Positions 5,665 through 5,727 of a stretch of DNA of 5,727 bases are shown here, in pieces; within the stretch, counting starts at the first letter, position 1; each line of letters starts with the position of its first letter. Source of the stretch: a virus; the IMG/VR virus record IMGVR_UViG_3300045988_011597. One strand, written 5' to 3'. Under the pieces are notes generated by a model. It had not been told where the DNA came from, made no database searches, and saw only the letters and a list, made by a program, of their open reading frames with translations. The position numbers were made by a program, and so were the translations under genes.

Positions 5665-5691
5665 ATTTTAACAAAAAAAAAAAAAACGCAA
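5665..5691 (-). promoter_or_regulatory. Weak candidate promoter for the structural operon, with the T14 tract as spacer
   Basis: The - strand reads TTGCGT (5686..5691), a 15-nt spacer (T13 + GT), then TAAAAT (5665..5670). The -35 match is poor and the spacer is short. It is listed only because no other promoter precedes the late genes. Confidence 0.2.
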
Positions 5692-5727
5692 GCCTGATTT
5701 TCGTCAGACTCACGTTTTTTTGCGGTT
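5673..5727. repeat. Direct terminal repeat copy B (identical to 1..55). It carries a second image of the terminator, at 5673..5715.
   Basis: Same 55-mer as 1..55. It is the same physical locus in the circular molecule. Confidence 0.95.

Larger units (their letters stand above)
1..5672 (-). other. Complete circular Microviridae (Gokushovirinae-like) ssDNA phage genome, one unit of 5672 nt, coding strand = - strand of window
   Basis: The exact 55-nt terminal overlap shows circular closure. The full gokushovirus core set is present (VP1, VP2, VP3, VP4, VP5-like, small basic protein), all co-oriented, tightly packed or overlapping. Confidence 0.9.

Noticed and set aside
1-5727. Looked for tRNA, rRNA, CRISPR arrays, IS elements and an integrase
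   Set aside because: There are no regularly spaced repeats, no cloverleaf-like segments in the short intergenic regions, and no transposase- or integrase-like ORFs. Coding density leaves no room for them.

Overview
The window is one complete, circularly permuted genome of a Gokushovirinae-like Microviridae ssDNA phage. Bases 1..55 are repeated exactly at 5673..5727, so the unit length is 5672 nt. All credible genes lie on the - strand. Going around the circle they are: a strong rho-independent terminator, a hidden 39-aa very basic ORF (J/VP8-like), an RHH-like protein, a VP5-like protein, VP3 scaffold, VP1 major capsid, VP2 pilot protein, a consensus promoter, a second RHH protein, an 18-bp perfect hairpin, VP4 HUH Rep, a second consensus promoter, a 60-aa very acidic protein, and back to the terminator. 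The given strand is visibly T-rich and A-poor, so its long + strand ORFs look like antisense artefacts. The unusual content is regulatory and accessory. First, promoter-RHH-hairpin-Rep resembles the copG-repB copy-control operon of rolling-circle plasmids. Second, two near-consensus promoters carry the same GGTGTA-N7-GGTGTA repeats in the same register. Third, a self-contained promoter-gene-terminator cassette encodes an acidic protein that may be an anti-defence factor. Fourth, a motif family occurs only in non-coding DNA. No tRNA, rRNA, CRISPR array, integrase or recognisable lysis gene was seen. Family assignments come from reading motifs by eye, not from database searches.
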